A DNA stretch of 64,000 nt, taken from the NCBI GenBank assembly GCA_044229845.1, contig JBGASG010000005.1:320001-384000 (forward strand), written 5' to 3'. The notes under the pieces are model-generated. The model saw nothing but the letters and a program-made list of their open reading frames with translations. It did no database searches and was not told where the DNA came from. The stretch's first letter is position 1. Every line of letters starts with the position of its first letter. This DNA comes from Candidatus Obscuribacteraceae bacterium (lineage in GTDB: Bacteria; Cyanobacteriota; Vampirovibrionia; Obscuribacterales; Obscuribacteraceae). Shown here piece by piece: positions 15,664 to 26,343 of this stretch. Position numbers and translations under genes: made by a program.

Positions 15664-17280
15664 ATGGTCAAGGAACTGTCGAAGCCGAAGACGGGCGAAA
15701 TCAAATACAGCCTCTCTGATATTCCGCTTAAGTCGGTCTATACGGCTGACGATTTGAAGGGCTGGAATTACGACGAGAAGCTGGCCGACCCGGGTCAGTT
15801 CCCCTATACCCGCGGCATCCACGAAAACATGTATCGCGGCAAAGTCTGGACAATGCGCCAGTTTGCCGGCTTTGGCGGTCCGGAAGAGACCAACGAGCGC
15901 TTCAAATATCTGCTCGCTCAGGGGCAAACCGGCTTGTCGACTGCATTCGATCTGCCGACACTGATGGGCTACGACTCCGACCATCCCAAGTCGCTCGGCG
16001 AAGTGGGCGTCTGCGGCGTCGCCATCGACAGTCTCAAGGACATGGAGATTCTCTACAAAGACCTGCCGCTCGATAAAGTTTCGACCTCGATGACTATCAA
16101 CGGTCCTGCGGTGATCATCTACAGCATGTTTCTCGCCAATGCCGAGAAGCAGGGCTTTGACTGGAAGAAACTGAACGGCACCCTGCAAAACGACATCTTC
16201 AAAGAGTACATCGCTCAGAAGACTTACCTGATTCCGCCGCGTCCGGCACTGAAATTGATCCAGGACATGATCGTCTTCACGACTATGAATGTCCCGCGCT
16301 GGAACTTCATTTCCGTCAGCGGATATCACATTCGCGAAGCCGGTGCTACTGCCATTCAAGAGCTGGCGTTTACGCTCGCCGATGGGTTTGCCTATGTGGA
16401 CGCCGGTATCGAAGCCGGTCTCAAGGTCGACGAGTTTGTGCCACGTCTGTCATTCTTCTTCAACGCGCACATCGATTTCTTCGAAGAGATCGCCAAATAT
16501 CGCGCCGCTCGCCGCATCTGGGCAAAACGCATGCGCGACCACTACGGCGCCAAAGATGAGCGCTCGCTCAAGTTGCGTTTCCATACTCAGACCGCCGGCT
16601 GCAGCTTGACCGGTCCACAACCGGAAAACAACATCGTGCGCACCGCCATCGAGGCGCTCGCCGGAGTGCTGGGCGGAACGCAATCTCTGCACACAAACTC
16701 CATGGACGAAGTGCTGGGTCTGCCGACACAAAAGGCAGCGCACATCGCGTTGCGCACGCAGCAGATCATCGCCCACGAAACCGGTGTCACCAATGTCGTC
16801 GATCCGCTAGCCGGCTCGTATTACATCGAATGGCTGACAGATCAGATGGAAGCCGGTGCCAACGAATACTTCAAGCGCATCGAGGAAGAAGGCGGAGTGC
16901 TGGCGGGCATTGAAAAAGGTTTCTTCATGAAAGAGATCGCTGACGCTGCCTATCGATTCCAACAAAAGCTCGACTCTGATGAGTTTATCTTCGTCGGCTT
17001 AAACGGCTTTACCGAAGAGGCACCAGGTTCGAAGATCGAAATCTTGAAGATCGGCAAAGAGTTTGGCGAACGTCAGACGCAACGTCTGCAAGAGCTGCGC
17101 AGCACCCGCGACAATGAGAAAGTCGCCCAGACTCTGAGCAACCTGGAAGCCGGCCTGCGACGGGGCGAAAACTCCTTCCCGCTTCTTCTGGAAGCCTGCA
17201 AGGCATACGCCACTCTGGGCGAGATTTGCGACGTGATGCGCAGCATCTGGGGTCAATATCGCGAGAGCTCGATTATCTAA
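15664..17280 (+). CDS. B12-dependent acyl-CoA mutase large subunit, isobutyryl-CoA-mutase-type residues
   Basis: WTMRQFAGF, STAFDLPT, ISVSGYHIREAG and GGTQSLHTN motifs; no B12-binding domain. Confidence 0.88.
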   Translation: MVKELSKPKTGEIKYSLSDIPLKSVYTADDLKGWNYDEKLADPGQFPYTRGIHENMYRGKVWTMRQFAGFGGPEETNERFKYLLAQGQTGLSTAFDLPTLMGYDSDHPKSLGEVGVCGVAIDSLKDMEILYKDLPLDKVSTSMTINGPAVIIYSMFLANAEKQGFDWKKLNGTLQNDIFKEYIAQKTYLIPPRPALKLIQDMIVFTTMNVPRWNFISVSGYHIREAGATAIQELAFTLADGFAYVDAGIEAGLKVDEFVPRLSFFFNAHIDFFEEIAKYRAARRIWAKRMRDHYGAKDERSLKLRFHTQTAGCSLTGPQPENNIVRTAIEALAGVLGGTQSLHTNSMDEVLGLPTQKAAHIALRTQQIIAHETGVTNVVDPLAGSYYIEWLTDQMEAGANEYFKRIEEEGGVLAGIEKGFFMKEIADAAYRFQQKLDSDEFIFVGLNGFTEEAPGSKIEILKIGKEFGERQTQRLQELRSTRDNEKVAQTLSNLEAGLRRGENSFPLLLEACKAYATLGEICDVMRSIWGQYRESSII

Positions 17281-17330
17281 GTCGCTTGCAGCCAGAAGCA
17301 CCTAAGCAAGAATCTGAAAAACGACGCATC

Positions 17331-17810
17331 ATGATGAGTCGAGCCACCGACTCGTCGATGAAACTGGCGCGCAAATGCGCGGCGCCGCTATTGGCACGTC
17401 AATTGGAGGCGTCCGACGCCGAGGCGCTTGGGCGCCTGCTCCACGATGCATATAAGGGAACCGTCGATGATGACGGACAGACTTTCGAGCAAGCAGTTCA
17501 AGAAGTGAAGGAAACTTTTTTCGGGCGCTACGGGGCCATGATCTGGACTGCATCACATGTGGTGCTGGACGGCGGCACCATAGTCTGTTGTTCGGTGGTC
17601 ACTAATTACCAGCACAATCCATTGATTGCATTTGCGGCCACCCTGCCCGAGTATCAAGGTAAGGGGCTGTGCACGCAGGTAATGACGGAAAGCATTCGGG
17701 CGCTGGCGCGCATGGGGCGACCGCTGGTCAAACTTGTGGTTACCGAAAAGAACGAGCGTGCGCTATCGTTATATCATCACCTGGGATTCAAACCTGTTGA
17801 CAAGAAATGA
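17331..17810 (+). CDS. GNAT acetyltransferase
   Basis: PEYQGKGL motif A and N..A..LY..LGF motif. Confidence 0.8.
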   Translation: MMSRATDSSMKLARKCAAPLLARQLEASDAEALGRLLHDAYKGTVDDDGQTFEQAVQEVKETFFGRYGAMIWTASHVVLDGGTIVCCSVVTNYQHNPLIAFAATLPEYQGKGLCTQVMTESIRALARMGRPLVKLVVTEKNERALSLYHHLGFKPVDKK

Positions 17811-17842
17811 CATGAGCTGCGAAGCGCTAACTGAGGAAGACC

Positions 17843-18526
17843 ATGGACAATCGTGAAATCGGACGCCTGTTGTCGATTATGTTTCAAGCGCATCCCTGGC
17901 ATGGCATTTCGCCCGGCGAAAGCTGTCCCGAGAAGGTGCAAGCATTTATCGAGATCGTGCCCACCGATACGGTCAAGTACGAAGTGCACAAACCCTCCGG
18001 TCACCTGCACATCGATCGTCCGCAATCTTTTTCATCGATGTGCCCGACGCTCTATGGTTTTATCCCGCAGACGTATTGCGGACCGCATGTCGCCGATGTT
18101 TGCGAGCGGCGCGTCAATCGACAAAACATCGTCGGCGACGGCGACCCGCTGGACATCTGCGTGATCACCGAACGCCCGATCAACCAGGGCAATATATTAT
18201 TAAACGCCCGTCCGATCGGTGGCATGCGCATGATCGATCACAACGAAGCTGATGACAAAATCATCGCGGTGCTCGACGACGATCTGGCGTATGGCAAATT
18301 CAAAGACATCAGCGATTGCCCGAAACCAATCATTGATCGCCTCAAGCACTATTTCCTCAGTTACAAGCAATTGCCGGACGAGCCTGAGCACCTCGTGACC
18401 ATCGCTGAAGTGTACGACATCGTCTCGGCGCACGAAGTCATCGATGCCAGCATCAAAGACTATGTCGAGAAGTATGGTGCACCAGGTGAACGCATGGGAC
18501 AACTTCAGGAGTTGCTGACCCGCTAG
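17843..18526 (+). CDS. ppa: Inorganic pyrophosphatase (family I)
   Basis: HPWHG, VKYE, YGFIPQT, GDGDPLD and EADDKIIAV motifs. Confidence 0.93.
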   Translation: MDNREIGRLLSIMFQAHPWHGISPGESCPEKVQAFIEIVPTDTVKYEVHKPSGHLHIDRPQSFSSMCPTLYGFIPQTYCGPHVADVCERRVNRQNIVGDGDPLDICVITERPINQGNILLNARPIGGMRMIDHNEADDKIIAVLDDDLAYGKFKDISDCPKPIIDRLKHYFLSYKQLPDEPEHLVTIAEVYDIVSAHEVIDASIKDYVEKYGAPGERMGQLQELLTR

Positions 18527-18527
18527 T

Positions 18528-18770
18528 ATGGAATTCACCCCAGAGAAAAAGAAGTTCTTGATCATCGCCTGCAGTGTCGGTGCGTTGATCGGCTGCGTGT
18601 GGGCTTGTTTCGTCCCGCTGCCGGGCGCACCAAAATTGTCCAGCGGCATTGCGCCGGTGATGAGCTACTCCTATTCAACGTTCAGCTACATCTTCATGGC
18701 AGGATTGGGCGGCGCCATACTTGCCGCCATGCTGGTCTTCTTCGTGTTTTTCATCTCATCACAAGATTGA
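18528..18770 (+). CDS. Small two-TM membrane protein
   Basis: Two hydrophobic segments; abuts ppa. Confidence 0.55.
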   Translation: MEFTPEKKKFLIIACSVGALIGCVWACFVPLPGAPKLSSGIAPVMSYSYSTFSYIFMAGLGGAILAAMLVFFVFFISSQD

Positions 18771-18774
18771 ACCA

Positions 18775-20169
18775 TCAGGATTGGCGAGTGGGCTGATAAT
18801 CTTCTTCGCGCATCCCAAACGACCAGGCAACGCCGGCGCGCGCAGTACGTGTTCGCGGTGGCACTCGAAGATGATACGTTCTGAACGAACCATCCGCTTC
18901 TGGCGTGCTGTTGGTGACTTGCACCACAACTAGTGGCTCGTCGTTCTTCTGCTGAATCTCATACAGAACACCGCACTCATCGCGATGTAGTTCTTTAGCG
19001 TCGCTGGCGGTAACGAATTTACTCAGTCCGAAGCGGTCGATCATAACTCGACGCACTTCGACGTTTCTCTCGTTGATAATGTCTTCCATCGTAAATGCAT
19101 CGCGAATGACGTTTTCGGATACTCGCACCCCGTTCACTGCATGCATTCCCCAATCTCCGAATGCGACTGCATGATCACTGTCGTGGTGCGGTAGACCATT
19201 TTGCAAATGCAGCTTCGATGGACCTTCAGAAACTACGCAAACATCATCCATCGGCCACCACCAGCCACCGGCATCGAGCGCATCGAAGTAGAACTCGTGT
19301 TTTGTGGGGTGGAGGCGTTTCATAAGCTCGCACAGGCGCACCAGCATCAAGCTGCTGCCATCACTGAGCGGTGAATGGCAAGTTTGCAAATGGCGCATGC
19401 GCCACGGAACTGAGCGACAAACCTGATCGGGATCTGTCACCTCCTGTCCCAGATTAGGCACAGGCACCACAGTCGTAGCCCATGAAAAACGCGCAGCGGC
19501 TGTAGGCTCTTCGTTTTCCTTCCACTCTTTATTCTGGAACGGGACCCTCGCCTTCATCTCTTGTTGTGCCAGGATTTTCTGGACGTCTCGATGCGCGAAC
19601 AGCTCAGTTGCGTCGGCGAGGTCTGCATTAGCTAGCTGTTCGGTCATCAACGCTGCAGCGCTGTACAACGTGTCAATGCGCCACACATGGCCGGACAATC
19701 GTTCGGCATCGACTTGGAGCCCATGCCGAAGTGAGGCCTGGACGAAGTCGTTTACTGAGGTTGGGTCGACCAGAGTGAGCTTGTCACTGAATGCGGAACC
19801 GAACCAGCCTCGCAAGTCAGGCGTTCGCAATCCGCGATGGCTGGCAGCACCGAGCAAGTCCGGCACCAGAGGCATTTCGCTTGGTTCCGGTCTGAATTGC
19901 GTGTGGACGCGCTGCTCATAAAGCTGGGCAAGCAGATGCACCACTGCAATAGCTTGAAGAGGCGAGTCAATCCAGAGGAAGAAAACCGGGCGCTTTTGCT
20001 TGCGAAACTGATAGATGCGGCGAACGGCAGATTCCAGTTTCTCCCTGTCACAAGGCACGGCGCGCTCGATGCGCGGCAGCATTTCCGCCCGCAAGTCCGG
20101 TATCACCTTGAGGTAGTCGCTAAATTGTTTCTGAGAACTAGCCATTATCGCAACCCGTTGCCGTGCCAA
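18775..20169 (-). CDS. DUF6745-like protein (copy 3)
   Basis: GWWW...VSE.P, NVEVRRVMI and V.NSTPE.DG...Y.LRVPP...AR..VAWSF motifs. Confidence 0.75.
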   Translation of the reverse strand: MARQRVAIMASSQKQFSDYLKVIPDLRAEMLPRIERAVPCDREKLESAVRRIYQFRKQKRPVFFLWIDSPLQAIAVVHLLAQLYEQRVHTQFRPEPSEMPLVPDLLGAASHRGLRTPDLRGWFGSAFSDKLTLVDPTSVNDFVQASLRHGLQVDAERLSGHVWRIDTLYSAAALMTEQLANADLADATELFAHRDVQKILAQQEMKARVPFQNKEWKENEEPTAAARFSWATTVVPVPNLGQEVTDPDQVCRSVPWRMRHLQTCHSPLSDGSSLMLVRLCELMKRLHPTKHEFYFDALDAGGWWWPMDDVCVVSEGPSKLHLQNGLPHHDSDHAVAFGDWGMHAVNGVRVSENVIRDAFTMEDIINERNVEVRRVMIDRFGLSKFVTASDAKELHRDECGVLYEIQQKNDEPLVVVQVTNSTPEADGSFRTYHLRVPPRTRTARAGVAWSFGMREEDYQPTRQS

Positions 20170-20183
20170 GCCTATCCCGCATG

Positions 20184-21503
20184 TCAGGTTTCAACAAGAG
20201 GTTCATATTCATTCTCATCCAAGTTGAACGACCAGGCGACTGCCTGCCTGGCTGTTTGCACGTCTGGTGGCACACGCAGGTGGTACATTTTGTATGAACC
20301 GTCCGGCTCCGGGGTTTTATTTGTGACCTGAACAACGGTCACAGGCTCGTCTGCTACCATCTCGATTCTATACAAGATGCCGCATTCGTCGCTCTGCAAC
20401 TGGCGAGCACCACTTTCACGAATGAAGTTGCCTAATCCAAACCGGTCAATCATCAACCGTCGCAATTCAACGTTTCGTTCGTTGTGAATGTCCTTTATGG
20501 TGAATGTCCTTGTGACCACGCTCTCGGGAACGCGTCTGCCGCCCAGAGCCCAAATGTCCCAATCGGCGAAGCTAATCGCCGGTTCGCTTTCGTGTCCAGG
20601 ATTATTGCCATCCAGGTGCATCACCAGGGGATTCTCTGAAACCACACAAATTTTGTCGAGTGCGAACCACCAGCCACCAGCCTCGAAGGCGTCGATGTAG
20701 TCATTGACTCGGGCATCTGCCTTGTTCAGCAAACGAGCAATCTGGTGATACAGCAGATAGCCCGATGTGAGCGGTGAATGAATTTCTTCCAGAACCTTTC
20801 TGCTCCATAGGATGCGGCGCGATACTTCCACCGAGACTTGGGAAACCATCGTTTCGGTCGGCGTACTATTAGCTCGTTGGAACTTCAACCTGGCTCGACG
20901 TTCTTCCGACCAGAGTTTCTTTTCGATCTCGAGCTCTAAATCCGGATCGAATAAACTGTTGCTGTGTGCCGAAAGCGTATCTGAAAGCAGAGAAGCTACA
21001 TTGCTCAAACGCTCCATCCTGAGGACTGTTCCTGTGACTCGGTCCAGATCTAGGTCTTCAGCCGCTGCCTTGATCGCGGCAAGTTCAGTCCACCACCTCC
21101 GATATGCATCGGCTGCTTCAGGGTCTTGCACGGTAAGTTCGTCCTGAATAGCAAATCGAAAGAGTTGCTGCAGGTCTAACGTAGATGGTGGTCTTCTGGA
21201 TGTCAGCGACACCACAGGCTGCGCAACGCGTGGCACTGGCATACGATGAAGGTTGAGTCCGCACAATTGACGTAAGAGCAACACTGCAACTACGGCACTA
21301 GCAGGCGAGTCAAAGTAGACGAAGACGACCGGAGCCTGCAATCCCCAGTGACCATAGATACGACTGACGGCCCGCTCCAACTCGTCTCTTTGCACTGGAC
21401 TGGTGCTCGCAGCCTTCTCAGCGAAGTCACGCTCAAGCTGGCGAATTTGTTCTTTGCTTTGCGCGTAAAGAGCTTCGTCAAACGGCTCGGTGTGTCGTGT
21501 CAT
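20184..21503 (-). CDS. DUF6745-like protein (copy 2)
   Basis: Same C-terminal motifs (NVELRRLMI, TNKTPEPDGS, LRVPP, AVAWSF). Confidence 0.75.
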   Translation of the reverse strand: MTRHTEPFDEALYAQSKEQIRQLERDFAEKAASTSPVQRDELERAVSRIYGHWGLQAPVVFVYFDSPASAVVAVLLLRQLCGLNLHRMPVPRVAQPVVSLTSRRPPSTLDLQQLFRFAIQDELTVQDPEAADAYRRWWTELAAIKAAAEDLDLDRVTGTVLRMERLSNVASLLSDTLSAHSNSLFDPDLELEIEKKLWSEERRARLKFQRANSTPTETMVSQVSVEVSRRILWSRKVLEEIHSPLTSGYLLYHQIARLLNKADARVNDYIDAFEAGGWWFALDKICVVSENPLVMHLDGNNPGHESEPAISFADWDIWALGGRRVPESVVTRTFTIKDIHNERNVELRRLMIDRFGLGNFIRESGARQLQSDECGILYRIEMVADEPVTVVQVTNKTPEPDGSYKMYHLRVPPDVQTARQAVAWSFNLDENEYEPLVET

Positions 21504-21518
21504 AATTGCTGCACCGCA

Positions 21519-22643
21519 TTATGTTTCATGCAAAGGTTGGTATTCGCTTTCACGCAAATCGAACGACCAGGCAACCGCCTGGCGCGCCGAGCTCATTGTC
21601 GGCGGCACCCGCAGATAGTACTTGCGGAAGGTGCCATCAGGTTCCGGCGAACTATTGGTGACCTCAACAAGGCACATGAAAGGCTCGACTTCCAGCGGCG
21701 TCTCTACGTGATACAAAACACCGTAATCATCGCTGCTGATTACATGCGAATTGGATTGCTTGATGTAATTATCCAGCCCCAGTCTATTTAACAGGATGGC
21801 GCGAATCTCGGCGTTTTCTTCGAATTGCACATCGGCTGCCGTCACCGGCTCGCAGATGATACGCGCTGGAACTATCCTGCCATTAACCGCAAACACATCC
21901 CACTTGCCGGCAAAGCTGACGGCGGGTCCGTCCAGGCAGTGCGGCATATTGTTAGTCACATTGAAAACAGTCGGGTTGTCGCACCAGACCACGATATCGT
22001 CGAGGGTCCACCACCAGCCTCCGGCTTGGAAAGCCTCGAAGAAGCCGCGGTACTCCTCGGCACCAAACAGTCCAATACTCTGAAAGAAACTGACTAACAG
22101 CAAATCCGCCGCATCGACTGCCGGTGCATGATAGTGAGCCGGCAAGAAGGCTGAGTGACGTACGGATGCCATGCCGCCGCCCGCTTCTTTTATCTCCGGA
22201 ATGCGCTTCTTCAGCGATTCGGCTTCCTGTCGGCCGATTTCCTCGATGATTGAGTGAGCGATGTCTGGCGGGTTTCCTTCGCCTTTCTTGGGAATCGCCG
22301 CATCAAACCAGGAACGCAAACTGATCATCTCGAGCCAGCGGCTGGCGGGAGCCTCGGTGCGACCGACCACTATCGGCAGCTGGCTGCGACTGGGCAGGGA
22401 GAACGCAAACCCGCGTATCCCGCAACGATTGGTGAGAAAGTTTACTGTCGCCATGGCTTCTGCCGGCGACGCGCAGCGCAGAAACAGCGACGGAACCTCA
22501 CTGGACCACTGCGTGTAGACCTGGTCGACAGCCGCTCGCAACCGCTCGAAATCGACAGAAGCTGTGGTCAGTGCCTGTTGCGTGAACTCGGCTTTCGCTT
22601 TGAGGACGTGCTCAGCGAGCAGTTCATGGAGTTGTGAGGACAT
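21519..22643 (-). CDS. DUF6745-like protein (copy 1)
   Basis: Same C-terminal motifs (NAEIRAIL, TNSSPEPDGT, LRVPP, AVAWSF). Confidence 0.75.
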   Translation of the reverse strand: MSSQLHELLAEHVLKAKAEFTQQALTTASVDFERLRAAVDQVYTQWSSEVPSLFLRCASPAEAMATVNFLTNRCGIRGFAFSLPSRSQLPIVVGRTEAPASRWLEMISLRSWFDAAIPKKGEGNPPDIAHSIIEEIGRQEAESLKKRIPEIKEAGGGMASVRHSAFLPAHYHAPAVDAADLLLVSFFQSIGLFGAEEYRGFFEAFQAGGWWWTLDDIVVWCDNPTVFNVTNNMPHCLDGPAVSFAGKWDVFAVNGRIVPARIICEPVTAADVQFEENAEIRAILLNRLGLDNYIKQSNSHVISSDDYGVLYHVETPLEVEPFMCLVEVTNSSPEPDGTFRKYYLRVPPTMSSARQAVAWSFDLRESEYQPLHET

Positions 22644-22838
22644 GTCTCACCTCCGGTTTAACTGACGGCGGGTCTGAGTTCTATCTTAATATGATTGGGC
22701 GTCGTGCGCCCGGGGTTGTAAGTGGCGTCCCATACATTGTGGCAAATCCAGCGGGACGAGCGCCGGCCAGCCTGCTAGAATGCCGATAACGTAACTTATT
22801 GGTCCGCACGCTAGCGCGTCTGCGCTGCAAGGCTTCTC

Positions 22839-24590
22839 ATGTCGCTTGTCATTTCCGACGAAACAGAGCTTAAATACGACCGCCTGTCACTGATTCCGCT
22901 GGGCGGTCAGAGCGAAATCGGACAATCCCTGTGGGCTCTGTCATATGGCGGCGAGATTCTCCTGGTCGATGCGGGCGTCTGCTACCCCGGCACCGACCTA
23001 CCCGGCGTCGATCTTTTGCTGCCAAACATCAACTTTCTGGTCGCCAATCAACAGCGCATTACCGCCCTGGTCCTGACCAACGGCCACGAAGAACATAGCG
23101 GCGCCATCGGCTATCTCCTCAGTCACCTGAAAATACCGCGTATTCTGGCGCCCCGATTTGTATCGGCGCTGGTGTCGCAAAATCTGATGGGTCGCGGTTA
23201 CGATTCGTCCGGCACCATTCTTGATACCATCGAAACCCGCTATCCGTATCAAATCGGTCCCTTCGAAGTGGAATGGATTCAGGTCAACGATGCGATTGCC
23301 GACGCGACTGCGCTGCGTATCAATACGCCGGAAGGCGCGATTGTTTATACATCCAGCTTCAAGGTCGACCAGACGCCCGTGGATGGGCGGCACATAGATA
23401 TCTCCCGGCTGGCGCAAGTCGGCGAGTCCGGCGTCGCGCTTTTAATCAGCAACTCGGCCGGAGTCGAAAATGCCGGCTACACACCCTCCGAGCGCGCTGT
23501 GCAACCAGCTTTCGAAAAGGCGCTGGAGACGGCGGAGAGTCGCATATTCTTCCTCATGCACGGCACCAACACGCATCGCCTGCAGATGCTGTTTGATCTG
23601 GCGAAAAAATATGAGCGCAAGGTGGTGCTCTACGGAGACACTTTGATTCAATCGGCTGTGGCAGCAGTGATTACCGGCAACCTTGTTTATGATCGCAGCA
23701 TCGAAGCGAGTCTGGATCAATTCGGCAAACTCAAGGACGATGAAGTCTTGATTGTCGCCACCGGCGATGACGATGATGCTTTGAGCATGATGTGGGATCT
23801 GGCTCACGGCAAGTGCCGCGACCTCACTTTGAAGAAACACGACGTGCTCGTCTTCAGCGCCGAGATCTATCCGGGACGTTCGCGCCGGGTGGCTATGATT
23901 CTCGACCAGCTGTTGTCGCTGGGCGTCCAGGTGTTCAACAGTATGCGCGATGGTGTGCACGTGTCGAAGCACGCCAGCCAGGAAGAGTTGAAGTTGATGC
24001 TGTCGATTACCAGACCGCGTTATTTTGTGCCGTCGATTGGAGAGGGGCGGCATATCATGCACCACGCGCAACTGGCGATCGACTTCGGCATTCCCACCGA
24101 GAGTGTTTTTCCTTTGAGAAACGGCGAGGTGCTCGAACTCGCCAACGGCGGCGCCAACGTAATCGGCTCTGTCGAGGCGCAAGCGGTCTTGTACAACCGG
24201 GATCAGGGTGAAAGCGTCACCAGCTTTTCGGTCAACGAGCGCCGCGCCCTCAGCAACGAAGGCGTGCTGACGATCGCTGTCTTGCTGACTCCCGCCGGAG
24301 ACATTTTGCAGCCGCCGCATCTGGAGTATGCCGCGCTCGGATTTACAAACACTCCCGAATGGGAGACGGTGCGCGCCGACATGCTTACGGCCATTGAGGA
24401 AGTAGTGGCGCGATTTAAGTCAGCGCAAGAGCAGGCGGCCGGTGAAGAAGCTACAGATGCCGAGCCGCCGTCGTTGCGCGGCTCGATTCGCGAAGTAGTG
24501 AGCAAACTTCTGCGCTCACGCTTTCAAGCGAAACCGACTGTGCAAATTGTCGTGCACGAAGTGGCGCCTGAGAAAGCTAAAGCCAAATAA
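22839..24590 (+). CDS. rnj: Ribonuclease J family protein with degenerate active site
   Basis: IPLGGQSEIG, PGVDLLLP, KVDQTPVDG and HASQEELKLM motifs; metal ligands are substituted. Confidence 0.85.
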   Translation: MSLVISDETELKYDRLSLIPLGGQSEIGQSLWALSYGGEILLVDAGVCYPGTDLPGVDLLLPNINFLVANQQRITALVLTNGHEEHSGAIGYLLSHLKIPRILAPRFVSALVSQNLMGRGYDSSGTILDTIETRYPYQIGPFEVEWIQVNDAIADATALRINTPEGAIVYTSSFKVDQTPVDGRHIDISRLAQVGESGVALLISNSAGVENAGYTPSERAVQPAFEKALETAESRIFFLMHGTNTHRLQMLFDLAKKYERKVVLYGDTLIQSAVAAVITGNLVYDRSIEASLDQFGKLKDDEVLIVATGDDDDALSMMWDLAHGKCRDLTLKKHDVLVFSAEIYPGRSRRVAMILDQLLSLGVQVFNSMRDGVHVSKHASQEELKLMLSITRPRYFVPSIGEGRHIMHHAQLAIDFGIPTESVFPLRNGEVLELANGGANVIGSVEAQAVLYNRDQGESVTSFSVNERRALSNEGVLTIAVLLTPAGDILQPPHLEYAALGFTNTPEWETVRADMLTAIEEVVARFKSAQEQAAGEEATDAEPPSLRGSIREVVSKLLRSRFQAKPTVQIVVHEVAPEKAKAK

Positions 24591-25113
24591 CCGAGTCAGC
24601 GTCCAGCTAGAATTTGCAACCCTGGGCAACTCACGTTTGGCTCAGGAAGCGACTGCACACGCGGGTTTCGAAAGTGATCGATCACTCGGCCGTCTTCGAG
24701 AGCCTGGAGAGTTTCGCGTTGCATGAACAGATCGGCGTTTGCGCCACTTAGTTTTAGTTTCCGAGCAGCCGAACCGATTTTTCGACCACTCGCATTGTTT
24801 GCCAGATCCTTTTTCGTGTCCAACCAATTGTCCGGCAATGCCCTCTGGCTTCCGAAAATAAATTCTGCATACTCGTTGCACCGAAAAAGGTAGTCGGCAG
24901 CCTTGCTGCCTATGAATCAGGCGTTGGGGGTTCGTTCAATGCCTGTTTGTGCAAGGAGAGCGGTATCAACCTGCTGCTGCCAAAATGCTTTTGCTCGGCG
25001 ATGCTGACGCGCCACATGATACTCAGGACGTACAACCCCAGGCAACCGGCGCAGGCAAGCACGACAAGCCCAACAAGTTTGTGCTTTGGAATTCCGAATG
25101 AGCGCATCAGCCT

Positions 25114-26343
25114 TTACCAGGCGCCTTTGATGACCAGCGCGTTGCGTTCGTTGAGCACGACGTTCGTCGATGAACCTGGTGGCACGCTCACCGGCATGTT
25201 CCAGTAATACGTCAGACCTGGAACTTTATGTGTGCCGACTACCCACCAATTGCCCGGCGGCAGATTCGTGGAGGCACCAAAGTTGCTCAGGCGCTTCATC
25301 TTCAGAGGGAAGAGACCATCACGCACTGATTGCATTTCGATGTCGACGCGCTTTTCGTTGTATTCGGTATTGACACCCTGGTAGCGCTCCCAGCGTTCGT
25401 CTTCCTGCGCGTTGATGCGGCGGCACTCAGGCAACACCCACTTCACCATTTCGGAAGACCACGGGTAATACGTCGCGAATGTGTGCGGCTCGCCCATGCC
25501 GACCTTGGCGGCGGCATGCCGCAAACCTGCGTTGTAGGCTTCTTCCCAGCGCCAACCGAAAGTCGGAATCGGCTTGATACCTGATTGTCGGTTCAGGTAG
25601 CCGGTTTCTACTATGCGACCCTTGATGAGCTTGAATGAGGTGGGCAACCCATCCGGCTGCTTCACTACCGGCGGTTTCACCGGATATGGATAGACCATGA
25701 ATGAATCGATCGCTTGTTTGTTGTGAGGCACCACCACGCGCAGACGCAATAGCGCCGTGCCGCTGCGGAACAGCGTCGACCGCCCCGTCAGGTCGGCAAA
25801 CAAAGAAGTGTCCTCGGGACCCGCGTTGGGCTGCGGCGGAGGCACTGCACCGACAGGCAGTTGTTTGGTTGTGACCGTGGAGGCAGGCGCCGGAACCTTC
25901 GGATAGGGTGGTAGCGGTTGTCCGGGTTTGACCCGTGGAATCAGAACTGCACCGCGTCCCGATGCCGGCACGATGGGCACCTGGGCAAGTTTTTTATTGG
26001 GAGTAGGAGTTGCAGGTGCAGCTGACGTTGCCGGTGCTGCCGGCTGCGCCGCGGGTACCGTTTCTACGGTCTCTGAAGACGCCGCTGACCCACCAGGCAA
26101 GGGCGCCAGGCTGGCGGCTGCTGGTTTCTTCCCGCGTCCGGCGCTGGGACTGATCTGCACCTGCTGCACAACAGTCTGCTCGACTTCGGCACCGGCTTTC
26201 GGCGCGTACGAAGTGGGAGCGTCAAGCAGCTGTTCGTCACCACCAACGGTGGCATCGTCGCCGGTCTGTCCAAAGCTCGGCGCTTGTATCGAGATCAGTA
26301 GGGCGGCGCTCAAAAAGACTGTTCGGTATTTGACCGAAAACAT
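25114..26343 (-). CDS. Secreted hypothetical protein with Pro/Ala-rich linker
   Basis: Signal peptide, low-complexity linker, globular C-terminal part. Confidence 0.65.
   Translation of the reverse strand: MFSVKYRTVFLSAALLISIQAPSFGQTGDDATVGGDEQLLDAPTSYAPKAGAEVEQTVVQQVQISPSAGRGKKPAAASLAPLPGGSAASSETVETVPAAQPAAPATSAAPATPTPNKKLAQVPIVPASGRGAVLIPRVKPGQPLPPYPKVPAPASTVTTKQLPVGAVPPPQPNAGPEDTSLFADLTGRSTLFRSGTALLRLRVVVPHNKQAIDSFMVYPYPVKPPVVKQPDGLPTSFKLIKGRIVETGYLNRQSGIKPIPTFGWRWEEAYNAGLRHAAAKVGMGEPHTFATYYPWSSEMVKWVLPECRRINAQEDERWERYQGVNTEYNEKRVDIEMQSVRDGLFPLKMKRLSNFGASTNLPPGNWWVVGTHKVPGLTYYWNMPVSVPPGSSTNVVLNERNALVIKGAW

Noticed and set aside
23442..24320. Long antisense ORFs (also 29831..30661, 30718..31557, 38568..39482 alternate frame, 49430..50338)
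   Set aside because: Shadow frames of well-supported genes in GC-rich DNA.
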